Positions 13,964 to 23,927 of a stretch of DNA of 64,000 nt are shown here, in pieces (the first letter of the stretch is position 1; every line of letters begins with the position of its first letter). The stretch comes from Candidatus Saccharibacteria bacterium UBA6824 (GTDB lineage: Bacteria > Patescibacteriota > Saccharimonadia > Saccharimonadales > UBA10212). The notes below the pieces were generated by a model, which made no database searches, was not told the origin of the DNA, and saw only the letters and a program-made list of their open reading frames with translations. Location: assembly GCA_002452155.1 (NCBI GenBank), contig DKEK01000005.1, forward strand, positions 70,675 through 134,674, read 5' to 3'. Position numbers and translations under genes: made by a program.

Positions 13964-15751
13964 TTAGTTGGTTTGGTGTTTTTGGCGGACTATCCAATTT
14001 TCGACGTTATAAAATCGGTCCGCCGCCCCGTTGTCGGCCTTACGGTTATAGCCAAAGACCGGGCCGCGAGTAATATAAATATAATTTGGCTGGTAGAGTG
14101 CCAGCGCCGGCACGTCGGCCGTCCAGGCTGTCAAAAAAGCTTTGTATTTAACTACCCGCACCGCGTTGTCTGTACGACTCCGCCCGGCTTCCAGCGCTTC
14201 ATCGGCGACCGCGGATTTATATTCGCTTAAATTAGAGTGTCCCTGTGATGTAATACTGGCCTGCGAACTGTCCCAGTAGGCAAAAACGTCCGGGTCAGCG
14301 CCGATACCTATGCCATAAACTAAAATATCGTAGTCGTGGTTAGAAACTATCTGGCCCTGCAGGTCGTCACCACTATAATATGTAACATTGACCTTTACGC
14401 CCAGCCTTTCCCATTGTTGCTGCAAATATTGGGTTGTCAGCGAATACTGTTGGGTGTCTTGTGAGCGCAGGGAAACTTCCAAAACTTGGCCGTTTTTGTA
14501 GCGCAGATTCCGGTCGCCCCGAGCCCAACCAGCCCCATCTAGTAGCTGATTGGCTTGATCAAAATTATAGCCGCGCTGGGTAAGCTCCGGACTGTAGCCC
14601 AGCTGGCCGCGCAGCAGCGGGCCGTCAGCTAGCTGGGTTGGACGGCCGGTTATATTGGCCAGCGGCTGCCGCTCAACACCGGCCGCTAGTGCGCGGCGGA
14701 CACCGATGTCACCAAGCGCCCCACGCGAAGTGTTGAAGAACGCCATGACGATACTGGTTAGCGGCGTGCTACGGAGCTGTACGCCTTTATCTTTAGCTAG
14801 TTCCTCAGGAATCGATTCCAGCCCGCTCATGGCATTGATTTGTTTCTTCTTAAAAGCTGAGACTAGCAGTTTTTCGTCGCTATAGGTAATTAGATTGAAG
14901 CCGTCAAGCTTGGGCCGGCCGCCAGTGTATTTGTCAAAAGCCGCCATGGTTATGCGCTGCTGGCGATCGGTTGTTGGATTGCCCAGTACTTCGATAAATT
15001 TCCAGGCAAAAGGCCCGGCACCAACCGGTGCAGCGTTAAATGGCGCGCTGCGCAGACCGGCTGGCGAAATATTTTTTAGCAAATGGGCCGGAATAATACC
15101 CTCGACTAGTGAATGGGGGAATGAGGCCAACGGTGCCGGCAGATCAAAGGTAACCGTGCTGGAGTTCGGTGCGATGACGATAACGTCTTTCCAGGCATTA
15201 TAAAGCGATGACTGCGCCTGGATGTTCTTAATTGTATTAAAAGTAAAAACAACGTCAGCGGCAGTCAGCGGCTGGCCGTCGTGCCAGGTCAAATTCTTTT
15301 TTAGATGAACTGTGTAGTGAGTTTGAGCCGGCCCTAGCACAAAGTCCTGGGCTAGATCACCGACTAAATTATTACCATTATCATATTTCAAGAGGCCGGC
15401 AAAAACTAGCCGGCTAACCGCCCGGTCAGCCGCACTTGAGGCATAAAGTGGGTTGGCGTTAGTAAACGTGCCGGCAATCCCCTCGCTATAGATTCCGCCC
15501 GGAACCGGTTGGAGGGATTGGTAATAAGTTGATAGGCCGCGAGCCTGGAAAAATGTCAAAAAAATCAAAGCCACAAACAAGGCCATCCACAAAAAAACAA
15601 ACCGCCGGACAAACAGCAACCGATCAAACCGCCGCAGCAGAAGCCTTTCTATCTGCCGATCGGCCTGCTGGCCGAACTCAACTGCATCCCGCCTATTTTT
15701 TCGGAAATCCCTCCGCCAGCGGCGCTTAGTCTTATCATCGATTACAGACAT
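13964..15751 (-). CDS. ABC-transporter substrate-binding protein, family 5 (oligopeptide/nickel type), membrane-anchored
   Basis: 595 aa with an N-terminal TM, and the length and motifs of an SBP_bac_5 domain (e.g. GAGPFAWKFIE..., DYDILVYGIGIGADPD). No permease or ATPase genes are adjacent. Confidence 0.75.
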   Translation of the reverse strand: MSVIDDKTKRRWRRDFRKNRRDAVEFGQQADRQIERLLLRRFDRLLFVRRFVFLWMALFVALIFLTFFQARGLSTYYQSLQPVPGGIYSEGIAGTFTNANPLYASSAADRAVSRLVFAGLLKYDNGNNLVGDLAQDFVLGPAQTHYTVHLKKNLTWHDGQPLTAADVVFTFNTIKNIQAQSSLYNAWKDVIVIAPNSSTVTFDLPAPLASFPHSLVEGIIPAHLLKNISPAGLRSAPFNAAPVGAGPFAWKFIEVLGNPTTDRQQRITMAAFDKYTGGRPKLDGFNLITYSDEKLLVSAFKKKQINAMSGLESIPEELAKDKGVQLRSTPLTSIVMAFFNTSRGALGDIGVRRALAAGVERQPLANITGRPTQLADGPLLRGQLGYSPELTQRGYNFDQANQLLDGAGWARGDRNLRYKNGQVLEVSLRSQDTQQYSLTTQYLQQQWERLGVKVNVTYYSGDDLQGQIVSNHDYDILVYGIGIGADPDVFAYWDSSQASITSQGHSNLSEYKSAVADEALEAGRSRTDNAVRVVKYKAFLTAWTADVPALALYQPNYIYITRGPVFGYNRKADNGAADRFYNVENWIVRQKHQTN

Positions 15752-15957
15752 ACAAATACTTTACCATTATGCTTGTAGTCATGCGCTCCCCAGAACCACG
15801 TACTTGGATGCAGTGCAAGGAAGCCAGGAGGAGCGAGCAAGCCGTACAGAGACGTACGGTGAGCGAGCGACAGACGCAGCTGACGCCGCAATGCGCCAAG
15901 AACCACTAGTGCTAAGCCGGCTTTGCCGGGTGGCAGAGTGGTGGTACTTGATTCTGG

Positions 15958-16173
15958 TTACTGGGAGACTATGGTCATTAATATGCTAGCCGCAAAAATA
16001 AAAACCAAAATAATTGTCAGCTGGTGTATGCTTTTGTCCGAGCCGCGCCTAACTGTATTAACTTCACCGCTGCCACCCAGTCCGGCGCCTAACGACGCGC
16101 CGCGGGTTTGAATTAAAATCAGAATTATAACCAGTGTTACCGAGAAAATCGTAACGTAGTTCCAAATATTCAT
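15958..16173 (-). CDS. secG: preprotein translocase subunit SecG
   Basis: 71 aa with two TM helices and a Gly-rich loop (LIQTRGASLGAGLGGSG). Confidence 0.75.
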   Translation of the reverse strand: MNIWNYVTIFSVTLVIILILIQTRGASLGAGLGGSGEVNTVRRGSDKSIHQLTIILVFIFAASILMTIVSQ

Positions 16174-16174
16174 C

Positions 16175-16552
16175 CTACTTTACATCCTCCAAAACTTTGC
16201 TTACTAAAAAGTTAACCAGGCCAACAATTGCGCCGGCCACAATAGCCATGCCTAGGTTTTTAACATACAGCGGGCTGTACAACCAACTGACAATCAGGAT
16301 TAAAAAGCCGTTTAGTACCAACATAAAAAGCCCCAGGCTAAAAATTATGGCCGGAAAAGACAATATGACTAATATTGGCTTAAGCGCCATGTTTACAAGC
16401 GCCAGGAAAAAGCCGGCGCCGGCTACGGTGCCTATGCCCTGGCCAATACTTAAACGCTCAGCGCCAAGCAGTGAGGCAGCAACCCATAGCCCCAGCGTCG
16501 ACACAAACCAGCGGACTCCAAATCTGAACAAAAAATTCTGCATATCTAGCAA
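16175..16552 (-). CDS. phage-holin-family-4 (YvlD-like) membrane protein
   Basis: 125 aa with four TM helices. WVAASLL...ALVNMALKPILVILSFPAIIFSLGLFMLVLNGFLI is typical of PF04020. Confidence 0.65.
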   Translation of the reverse strand: MLDMQNFLFRFGVRWFVSTLGLWVAASLLGAERLSIGQGIGTVAGAGFFLALVNMALKPILVILSFPAIIFSLGLFMLVLNGFLILIVSWLYSPLYVKNLGMAIVAGAIVGLVNFLVSKVLEDVK

Positions 16553-16576
16553 CTATTGTATCAAAAGGTGCTCGCC

Positions 16577-16761
16577 CCAGTGTTTTTTCAGGCACTTCGC
16601 AAACTCGATGCATCCGTTAGTAAAAAATAAGCTTGCCTGCAGAACTCCGCGAAAATCATCTACCAGATAATTTTCTCGTCAAACAGCTGCAGGCAGCCAA
16701 GCCCGCTCATTTTACTACAACATCTGCTCGGGTTTGCTCCGTAGGCCTGAAAAAACACTGG
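16577..16761. repeat. 185-bp intergenic element bounded by perfect 17-bp inverted repeats
   Basis: CCAGTGTTTTTTCAGGC (16577..16593) and GCCTGAAAAAACACTGG (16745..16761) are exact reverse complements. There is also an inner 8-bp inverted repeat GCCTGCAG/CTGCAGGC. Confidence 0.8.
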
Positions 16762-16783
16762 ACCTCGCTTAACAAAAATTGCA

Positions 16784-18223
16784 TTAACTTTTGATGGCGG
16801 ACAGGTATTTCGCAATTGTTTTACCGGTTTTAGGCCCTAGGGCATTTTGCAATTCCGGTTCTTCGGCCGCGAGTAGCGCCTTCATTGAGCCAAAACGTCT
16901 GATAAGTTTCTTCCGGGTGGCTGGCCCAATGCCAGGGACATCGTCAAGCAAGCTGGCGGTCTGGCGACCTCTTCGCAGGGTACTGTGATAACTGACGGCG
17001 AAGCGGTGCGATTCGTCGCGGATGCGCTGCAGCAGTTTCACCAAATGAGAGTTTTGCGACAGCGCCAAGACTTCAAAATTCTGGCCCTTCGGCACAATGA
17101 TTTCCTCAAACCGTTTGGCCAGTCCAATCATTGGCAGCCTTGATTGGTTGGCTGTGTCACGGGCTGCCATGGCTGCGGCTAGCTGGCCCTTGCCGCCATC
17201 TATTAAAATCAGGTCCGGGATATCCCATTTTTTGATATTTTCGTCCCGCAGGCGCCGTTTGATAGCCTCTGCCATATGGGCAAAATCGTCGTTGCCGGGT
17301 AGGCGCATTTTAAATTTGCGGTAGTCGGTCTTACTGGGGACACCATTAATAAATACCACCATACTAGCTACCGTATCCGACCCTTGGATGTGGCTAATGT
17401 CAAAGCCCTCTATGCGCCGTGGCGGCGTGGTCAGGCCAAGCAGCCCGGTAAGCTCAACCAGCGCCTGGTCTTTGGATGCATCTAACATTTCACGGTCCGA
17501 AAACAGTACCTGGTGGTTTAGTGCCTGCAGCGAGAATAACTGGTTGCGCAGGTTGGCCGCCAGCTCAAAATCCTTGGTTTTGGCAGCACGCTTCATTTCC
17601 TTTTCAATCTCCCGCTGAAGCGTCACCCGGTTACCGCGCAAATAGGCCGTCAATTTTCGTAAGTTGACACGGTAATCTGGAAGACTGGTACGGCCATCTT
17701 CAAGGCCCGGGTCAAGCCCCAGGTGATAGTGCAGGCCGGCCCGCTTCTGGTTTATGGGCTTTGAAGTAGCGTAAGGGAAAGCCCGACGCAAATAGCGCAG
17801 GGCCTTTTTGACCTCAAAAATACTGATATAAGGGCCAAAATATTCGGCGCCATCGTCCAGGGGCCGGCGGATAAATGTAACCGTCGGGTAGTCGCTTTTA
17901 TAATCTATCCGGACGTAGCTGAGGCTTTTGTCGTCACGCAGCAAAATGTTATAGGGCGGCATGTAGCGCCGTACCATTTCGGCCTCCAAAAACAGGGCGT
18001 CGACTTCAGTCTCTACTTCCGTCCAGTCAACGTCAGCGATCTCATTTACCAAGAGGTCGGTTTTTGGATCACGGAAGTGGCTAGCCTGAAAATACTGCCG
18101 GACGCGGTTGCGCAAATTCGCAGCTTTACCGATATAAATAATTTCACCGGCGGCATTTTTATGGAAATAGATGCCCGGCGCAGCCGGCAACTTCTTGAGT
18201 TTATTTTCGACTTTTTTAGTCAT
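16784..18223 (-). CDS. uvrC: excinuclease ABC subunit C (compact, 479 aa)
   Basis: GIY-YIG N-terminus (PGIYFHKNAAGEIIYIGKAANLRNRV), UVR domain, endonuclease domain (IEGFDISHIQG) and C-terminal HhH (LDDVPGIGPATRKKL). Confidence 0.9.
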   Translation of the reverse strand: MTKKVENKLKKLPAAPGIYFHKNAAGEIIYIGKAANLRNRVRQYFQASHFRDPKTDLLVNEIADVDWTEVETEVDALFLEAEMVRRYMPPYNILLRDDKSLSYVRIDYKSDYPTVTFIRRPLDDGAEYFGPYISIFEVKKALRYLRRAFPYATSKPINQKRAGLHYHLGLDPGLEDGRTSLPDYRVNLRKLTAYLRGNRVTLQREIEKEMKRAAKTKDFELAANLRNQLFSLQALNHQVLFSDREMLDASKDQALVELTGLLGLTTPPRRIEGFDISHIQGSDTVASMVVFINGVPSKTDYRKFKMRLPGNDDFAHMAEAIKRRLRDENIKKWDIPDLILIDGGKGQLAAAMAARDTANQSRLPMIGLAKRFEEIIVPKGQNFEVLALSQNSHLVKLLQRIRDESHRFAVSYHSTLRRGRQTASLLDDVPGIGPATRKKLIRRFGSMKALLAAEEPELQNALGPKTGKTIAKYLSAIKS

Positions 18224-18289
18224 ATTTATATTCTACCTTCCTACACCGAAAGAAAATGCTTGACCTGTTAAGTATTTTCAATGCGACCT

Positions 18290-19015
18290 TTATTTTGTTT
18301 CGGCAGGTTCTTCTGGAGGTGTTTCGTCGGCTTCGCCCGGCTTGGCTTCGCCTTCGGCGGCGCCTTCGCCTTCAGCACCTTCCTCACCTTCGGCAGCTTG
18401 GGCCGCGGCGGCTTCGGCATCGGCGGCCAGCTCGTCCTCAGAAATCATCGCCTTGGTCTCCACGACTCTGGCTATTGGGTGGTCGGCTTCAGTTAAAACT
18501 GTGATGCTTTCGGGTACAACCAAGTCGGCGACTGTAATTTGATCGCCTATTTCGGCTAAGACAGAAGCGTCAACCTTGAATTCATCGATCAAATCTTTCG
18601 GCAAGGCTTCTACTTCTACGTGGTCCAGCTGATGCAGTACCATCAGCCCAACTTTTTCGGCTGGGATTTCGCCTTCCAGGTGGATCGGCACTTCGGCTTC
18701 AACTTTTTCATCTCTACGGATGGCTTGGAATACCACATGCTCCATCCGGCGCTTGGCAGGATGATAGTGGACATCTTTGATAAGGGCTAGGAATTTTTGG
18801 TCATCAACGTCCAGATTTAGGGGGTGGTGCTTACCAGCTTCGCGGTAAATTTTGCCAATTTCAAGTTCCGGCGCCATAACATAGATCGACTCCTGGCCGT
18901 GGTTATGAATAACTGCCGGCACTAGTCCATCGGCCCGCAAAGTAGCTAGCTTCTTACGGACGACTGTGCGACGACGCAACTTTAATGGCGCATCTAAATT
19001 GGCCAACTCTCTCAC
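18290..19015 (-). CDS. rplY: 50S ribosomal protein L25/Ctc with acidic C-terminal tail
   Basis: TLRADGLVPAVIHNHGQESIYV... matches an L25 fold sequence, and the length is Ctc-like. Confidence 0.8.
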   Translation of the reverse strand: MRELANLDAPLKLRRRTVVRKKLATLRADGLVPAVIHNHGQESIYVMAPELEIGKIYREAGKHHPLNLDVDDQKFLALIKDVHYHPAKRRMEHVVFQAIRRDEKVEAEVPIHLEGEIPAEKVGLMVLHQLDHVEVEALPKDLIDEFKVDASVLAEIGDQITVADLVVPESITVLTEADHPIARVVETKAMISEDELAADAEAAAAQAAEGEEGAEGEGAAEGEAKPGEADETPPEEPAETK

Positions 19016-19084
19016 TCCTTGTTTTTGTCTAGAGCTATTATAACAGATGTAATTATAAAATTAAACTGTTAAACTTAGGCTGAA

Positions 19085-19744
19085 ATGTTGTTTAACTCAG
19101 AACATATTATCCAAAGCGGCGGCCTACTGGCCATTGGCCTGATAGTTTTTGCCGAGAGCGGTCTGCTTTTTGGCTTTATTTTCCCTGGCGATACACTGCT
19201 TCTAGCGGCTGGCTTTTTTGCCGGCCAGGGTAAGCTACCGATAGTTTGGCTGATAGTAGTTACGGTGGTTGCCGCAGTCCTGGGCGATAATGTTGGCTAC
19301 CGCATCGGACGAAAGCTTGGCCCCCAGGTTTTTAAGCGCAAAAATGGCCTGTTATTCCGTGCGGATTACATTAAAAAGACCCAGGATTTTTACAATCGCC
19401 ATGGCGGCAAAACGATTGTGGCCGCCCGCTTTATCGCCTACATCCGGACTTTTGCCCCAGTCGTGGCCGGCATGGGCAAAATGCAGTGGCAGTTGTTCGC
19501 TTTTTATAATCTCCTGGGCGGCATATTGTGGGGCATTGGTTTACCGCTGGTCGGATACCTGATTGGCAACTCGTTCCCCGGTATCGATAAATATTTCATT
19601 TGGTCACTGATAATTTCGGCGCACGTGCTGGTAGCCATTGCCCTAATCCATATTTTTAAAAATCCGGAGGCTAGAAAAAGACTAAAAACTCAGATTAAGG
19701 AAGATTGGCGGCACTACTTCGGCCGTAAGAAAATTGAAAATTAA
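19085..19744 (+). CDS. DedA-family membrane protein
   Basis: FPGDTLLLAAGFFA...VAARFIAYIRTFAPVVAGMGKM are DedA/SNARE-associated motifs. Confidence 0.85.
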   Translation: MLFNSEHIIQSGGLLAIGLIVFAESGLLFGFIFPGDTLLLAAGFFAGQGKLPIVWLIVVTVVAAVLGDNVGYRIGRKLGPQVFKRKNGLLFRADYIKKTQDFYNRHGGKTIVAARFIAYIRTFAPVVAGMGKMQWQLFAFYNLLGGILWGIGLPLVGYLIGNSFPGIDKYFIWSLIISAHVLVAIALIHIFKNPEARKRLKTQIKEDWRHYFGRKKIEN

Positions 19745-20037
19745 CTAGACTTACCCTTTCCATAAATCATCAAATGGGCAATAATATCAAAAATCGATCT
19801 ATCAACTAGTGGGCGCCCTTCTCTTTCGGCATGTAACTCCGCCCGCCTAAGCTCTTCGCGAAGAGCAAACCCTACAGACTCTTGGACTTGGGCTAATCCT
19901 TCTGGGGTCTGCTTGGGAAGTAAGTCTAGGCGCCACTGTAATTCCTGCTCTGCGACCATGGGATTATCTTGTTTTAGCTGGGCGAGCTGTAAATTATGAA
20001 TTACCGCGTTGATTCGTTCGGTTCTCACTTCATCCAA
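19741..20037 (-). CDS. hypothetical protein (98 aa), co-transcribed after uvrA
   Basis: The ORF overlaps the uvrA 3' end by 8 nt. No motif recognised. Confidence 0.4.
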   Translation of the reverse strand: MDEVRTERINAVIHNLQLAQLKQDNPMVAEQELQWRLDLLPKQTPEGLAQVQESVGFALREELRRAELHAEREGRPLVDRSIFDIIAHLMIYGKGKSS

Positions 20038-22849
20038 CCTTCAGCATCTTTTTCAGGAATTGGCCGGTGTAGCTTTGTTTGTTCTTAGCAACTTGTTCGG
20101 GCGTGCCCTGGGCCACAATTTGGCCGCCGGCGTCGCCGCCTTCAGGGCCCATGTCTATAACGTGGTCGGCATTTTTAATCACGTCCAGATTATGTTCGAT
20201 CACAATCATGCTGTTGCCAGTATCAACTAAGGCGTGTAGGACTTGCAAGAGCTTGTCGACATCGGCCATGTGCAGACCGGTGGTCGGTTCGTCCAAAATA
20301 TAAAGCGTGCGGCCGGTGGGGCGGCGGCTGAGCTCGGTAGCTAATTTTACCCGCTGGGCCTCGCCCCCTGACAGAGTCGTGGCTGGCTGGCCGAGCTTGA
20401 TGTAGCCCAGACCGACATCGACCAGTGTTTGCAGTTTGCGGGCAATGCTGGGAATATTTTCAAAAAATTCCAGTGCCTGTTCGGTTGTCATTTCCAGCAC
20501 GTCACTTATGATTTTGCCTTTGTAATGGATCTCTAGCGCCTCACGGTTGTAGCGTTTGCCGTGGCAGACTTCGCAGGTTACGTAGACATCGGGCAAAAAG
20601 TGCATTTCGATTTTTATGACGCCGTCGCCGGCACAGTTTTCGCAACGGCCGCCCTTAACGTTGAAACTGAAGCGGCCGGGACTGTAGCCGCGCAACCGGG
20701 CTTCCGGCGTGGCCGCAAAAAGTTCACGGATAGGTGTAAAAACCCCAGTATAGGTCGCCGGGTTACTGCGCGGCGTCCGGCCAATGGGTGATTGGTCTAT
20801 GACAATCGCTTTGTCGAGATTTTTAATGCCTTCAATATCATAATGGCGGCCCGGCACGGTCTGGGCCCGCATCAGCCGGGCCTGCAGTTCCTTGGCTAGG
20901 ATATCGTTTATCAAACTTGACTTGCCCGAGCCGGACACGCCACTGACAACCACTAGCTGGCCAAGCGGGATTTTTACATCCAGGTTTTTGAGGTTATTTT
21001 CGCGGGCACCTTTAATAAGCAGTTCGCTGCCATTGCCCGGACGACGATATTTGGGGGTGTCGATCTTTCGTTCGCCGCGCAAAAATTGGGCAGTAACAGA
21101 GTTTTTAACTTTAACGACCTGATCCGGCGCACCGGTAGCTACGATTTTACCGCCGTGGATACCGGCACCGGGTCCGATATCGACCAAAAAATCGGCGCTT
21201 CTAATGGTCTCCTCGTCGTGCTCGACGACAATTACAGTGTTGCCGAGATCGCGTAATTTTTCCAAGGTATTTAAAAGGCGCCGGTTGTCGCGCTGGTGCA
21301 GGCCGATGCTTGGTTCATCTAGAACGTAGAGTACGCCCTGCAGGCCCGAACCGATTTGGGTGGCCAAACGAATGCGCTGAGCCTCGCCACCAGCCAAACT
21401 CACGGCACTGCGCGCCAAGTTTAAATAATTTAGGCCGACGTCTTGTAAAAACTTCAGCCGAGCATTGATTTCTTTTAGAATCTGACTAGCGATTTTAGCC
21501 TCGGTGGCACTAAGCTTAACAGTGCCAAAAAACAGGGCGGCTTTATCGATGTCCATTTCACAGATATCCGTGATGGATTTGGCGGCAACTGTCACGGCCA
21601 AAACCTCGGGCTTGAGGCGCTTACCGCCACAGGCGTGGCAGGGACGTTCCTGCATATATCTTTGGATATCGCGGCGAATAAAGTCGCTGTCTGTTTCTTT
21701 GTGCCGGCGTTCCAGATTGGGAATCACGCCCTCATAGGTTGTATTAAATGTCCGGCCCATGCCCAACGAGACGCTGTAGGTTTCACCACCTGTACCGTAC
21801 ATGATGGTATCTAACTGGCTCTTGGTCAGCTCGCTAGTAGGCACATGCAGGCTGAATCTGAATTTATCGGCTACGGCTTGCAGTTTTTTCATCCACCAGG
21901 CGTCGGTATTAATTCGGTTAAAGGGGCGGATGGCGCCTTCGGCGATGGTCAGCCGGCCGTTGGGAATGACTAGATCCGGGTCGACTTCCAGGCGGTTGCC
22001 TAGTCCTGTACACACTGGACAAGCACCGTGCGGCGAGTTAAAGCTAAAGGTGCGGGGTTCTAATTCCGGGATGGCGACATCGGGATGGTCGACACAAGCA
22101 TACTTGAGCGAATAGTGCAGGTCCTGCTTGGTGTCAGCATCGTGGACGGTGATTAAACCATCGGCTATATCCAGCGTTTGTTCCACGCTTTGGGCCAGAC
22201 GTGTTCGGCTTTCGCTGTTATTGACCAAGCGGTCAACGACGATGTCAATATTGTGCTTGAAGTTCTTGTCCAATTGCGGAAATTCATCGAGGGCATAAAT
22301 CACACCGTCGACCCGCGCCCGGGCAAAGCCGGCGCGCTGGAACTGTTCGGGAATGTGTTCGAAGGCGCCCTTTTTATCAATTACCACTGGTGCTAGGATG
22401 ATAATTTTGGCACTTTTGGTAGCTTCAATTATTTGATCAAGTATGGCGCCAGAGGTTTGGCGGGTGACCGGTTTGCCGCAGATCGGGCAGTGCGGAATGC
22501 CAATCCGGGCAAAGAGTAGGCGCAAGTAATCATAAATTTCGGTCACTGTGGCCACCGTACTGCGCGGGTTGCGGCTGGTCGATTTTTGGTCAATGCTGAT
22601 TGCCGGGCTGAGACCGTCGATCTGGTCGACGTCCGGTTTTTCCATAATGCCCAAAAACTGCCGGGCATATGCACTCAGCGATTCTACGTAACGCCGCTGT
22701 CCCTCAGCATAGATCGTATCGAATGCCAAAGAAGACTTGCCGGAACCCGACAGGCCGGTTATAACAATCAGTTTCTCGCGCGGGATCTGTAGGCTAACAT
22801 TCTTAAGATTATGCTCACGAGCCCCCCGTACAGATATAAAATCAGACAA
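20030..22849 (-). CDS. uvrA: excinuclease ABC subunit A
   Basis: 939 aa. It has two ABC ATPase modules ([18 protein letters not shown]; LSGGEAQR twice) and Zn-finger Cys clusters. Confidence 0.97.
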   Translation of the reverse strand: MSDFISVRGAREHNLKNVSLQIPREKLIVITGLSGSGKSSLAFDTIYAEGQRRYVESLSAYARQFLGIMEKPDVDQIDGLSPAISIDQKSTSRNPRSTVATVTEIYDYLRLLFARIGIPHCPICGKPVTRQTSGAILDQIIEATKSAKIIILAPVVIDKKGAFEHIPEQFQRAGFARARVDGVIYALDEFPQLDKNFKHNIDIVVDRLVNNSESRTRLAQSVEQTLDIADGLITVHDADTKQDLHYSLKYACVDHPDVAIPELEPRTFSFNSPHGACPVCTGLGNRLEVDPDLVIPNGRLTIAEGAIRPFNRINTDAWWMKKLQAVADKFRFSLHVPTSELTKSQLDTIMYGTGGETYSVSLGMGRTFNTTYEGVIPNLERRHKETDSDFIRRDIQRYMQERPCHACGGKRLKPEVLAVTVAAKSITDICEMDIDKAALFFGTVKLSATEAKIASQILKEINARLKFLQDVGLNYLNLARSAVSLAGGEAQRIRLATQIGSGLQGVLYVLDEPSIGLHQRDNRRLLNTLEKLRDLGNTVIVVEHDEETIRSADFLVDIGPGAGIHGGKIVATGAPDQVVKVKNSVTAQFLRGERKIDTPKYRRPGNGSELLIKGARENNLKNLDVKIPLGQLVVVSGVSGSGKSSLINDILAKELQARLMRAQTVPGRHYDIEGIKNLDKAIVIDQSPIGRTPRSNPATYTGVFTPIRELFAATPEARLRGYSPGRFSFNVKGGRCENCAGDGVIKIEMHFLPDVYVTCEVCHGKRYNREALEIHYKGKIISDVLEMTTEQALEFFENIPSIARKLQTLVDVGLGYIKLGQPATTLSGGEAQRVKLATELSRRPTGRTLYILDEPTTGLHMADVDKLLQVLHALVDTGNSMIVIEHNLDVIKNADHVIDMGPEGGDAGGQIVAQGTPEQVAKNKQSYTGQFLKKMLKVG

Positions 22850-22880
22850 AATACCTCCAAAAAAAATAAGCCGAACCTGT

Positions 22881-22946
22881 CCAGCACATTTTCGGGGTGA
22901 TAGTAGTCTGCAATCAGATTACGAAAACGCCTGCAAAATGTGCTGG
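22881..22946 (+). promoter_or_regulatory. conserved ~66-nt hairpin motif, copy A
   Basis: CCAGCACATTTTCGGGGTGATAGTAGTCTGCAATCAGATTACGAAAACGCCTGCAAAATGTGCTGG. There is an outer 12-bp perfect stem and an inner hairpin GTAGTCTG-CAAT-CAGATTAC. It lies 32 nt upstream of the uvrA start (antisense to uvrA) and 140 nt upstream of the 23086 ORF (sense). Confidence 0.6.
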
Positions 22947-23085
22947 ATGATTATACACAAATTTTCCGAATTTTTCTAGTCCTACGGTGTGGCACCGCAA
23001 ATAAGCATTAGTAATATAAAGATATTGCATATTTAGCAAATAAGTAGTACAATGCTAATACTTTAAACCCTTCTAAGGCGTAAAA

Positions 23086-23292
23086 ATGTTAGACTTCCTA
23101 CTCGTTTTAGGCCAGATCCCTGGCACAGATTTCCAACTGTCTTTTTGGGAGCTAGTTTTTGGCACCCTGGCAATTTGTATCGGACTGCAGCTTTGGCGTC
23201 GGCCGGCCCTGCGCCGCAAGTACGCCCAACGGTTTCGTTTAACAGCCTTTTATATCTACCATTTCCGCAGTCTCCACCGCCTCCACCACTGA
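23086..23292 (+). CDS. small membrane protein, hypothetical
   Basis: 68-aa ORF with one or two hydrophobic segments and a basic C-terminus. A TTGCAT-17-TACAAT promoter-like sequence lies at about 23019-23047. Confidence 0.4.
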   Translation: MLDFLLVLGQIPGTDFQLSFWELVFGTLAICIGLQLWRRPALRRKYAQRFRLTAFYIYHFRSLHRLHH

Positions 23293-23325
23293 TCCCCCTT
23301 TTCCGACATATGTTAGAATTAGGGT

Positions 23326-23883
23326 ATGGCTAACAGAGATAGTATTAACCAAGCTTTGAAAGTTATTGGTTCGGCCGGTTTTTCCGGCCTAAGCGTTTCG
23401 GCTCCTTCTGCCAGCCGCGGTTTGGTGCTGCTACTACGCAAACACGGCGCCAAACATATCAGCACCAACCGCCTTTTATATGATTTAAAGCGCCGCGGCT
23501 TAGTTGAGGTTGCTGCCCAGCCGGGCCGAATTAGATACACACTAACTCCGGCCGGAGCCTACCGCCTACAAGAACTAGGGATTGACGAAATACGCATACC
23601 ACCGCCCAAGAAATGGGATAAAAAATGGCGGTTGGTGGCCTTTGATGTGCCGGTTAAGCAGTCGCGGCAGCGTCAAGAATTTGTGGAGAAGCTGCAAAGC
23701 CTGGGGTTTGTGATGCTCCAAAAAAGTCTATGGGTTCATCCGTTCCCGTGTTTTACGGAGGTTGAAGAAATCACCAGTCACTATAACGTTTTGCGCCACT
23801 GCAGTCTAATGGAGGTTGACATAGTTGACGAAGCTTCCAGGAGACACCTGCGCCGCCAGTTCAAAAATTTGCTGGAAAAATAA
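23326..23883 (+). CDS. PaaX-like / Cas2-fold-domain transcriptional regulator
   Basis: WDKKWRLVAFDVPVKQSRQRQEFVEKLQSLGFVMLQKSLWVHP is the characteristic PaaX-family central motif. The N-terminal part is winged-helix-like. Confidence 0.6.
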   Translation: MANRDSINQALKVIGSAGFSGLSVSAPSASRGLVLLLRKHGAKHISTNRLLYDLKRRGLVEVAAQPGRIRYTLTPAGAYRLQELGIDEIRIPPPKKWDKKWRLVAFDVPVKQSRQRQEFVEKLQSLGFVMLQKSLWVHPFPCFTEVEEITSHYNVLRHCSLMEVDIVDEASRRHLRRQFKNLLEK

Positions 23884-23927
23884 TCCCCGTTTCCAGTCAT
23901 ATGTTGGAAAATGGGGATTTTGGTCAA

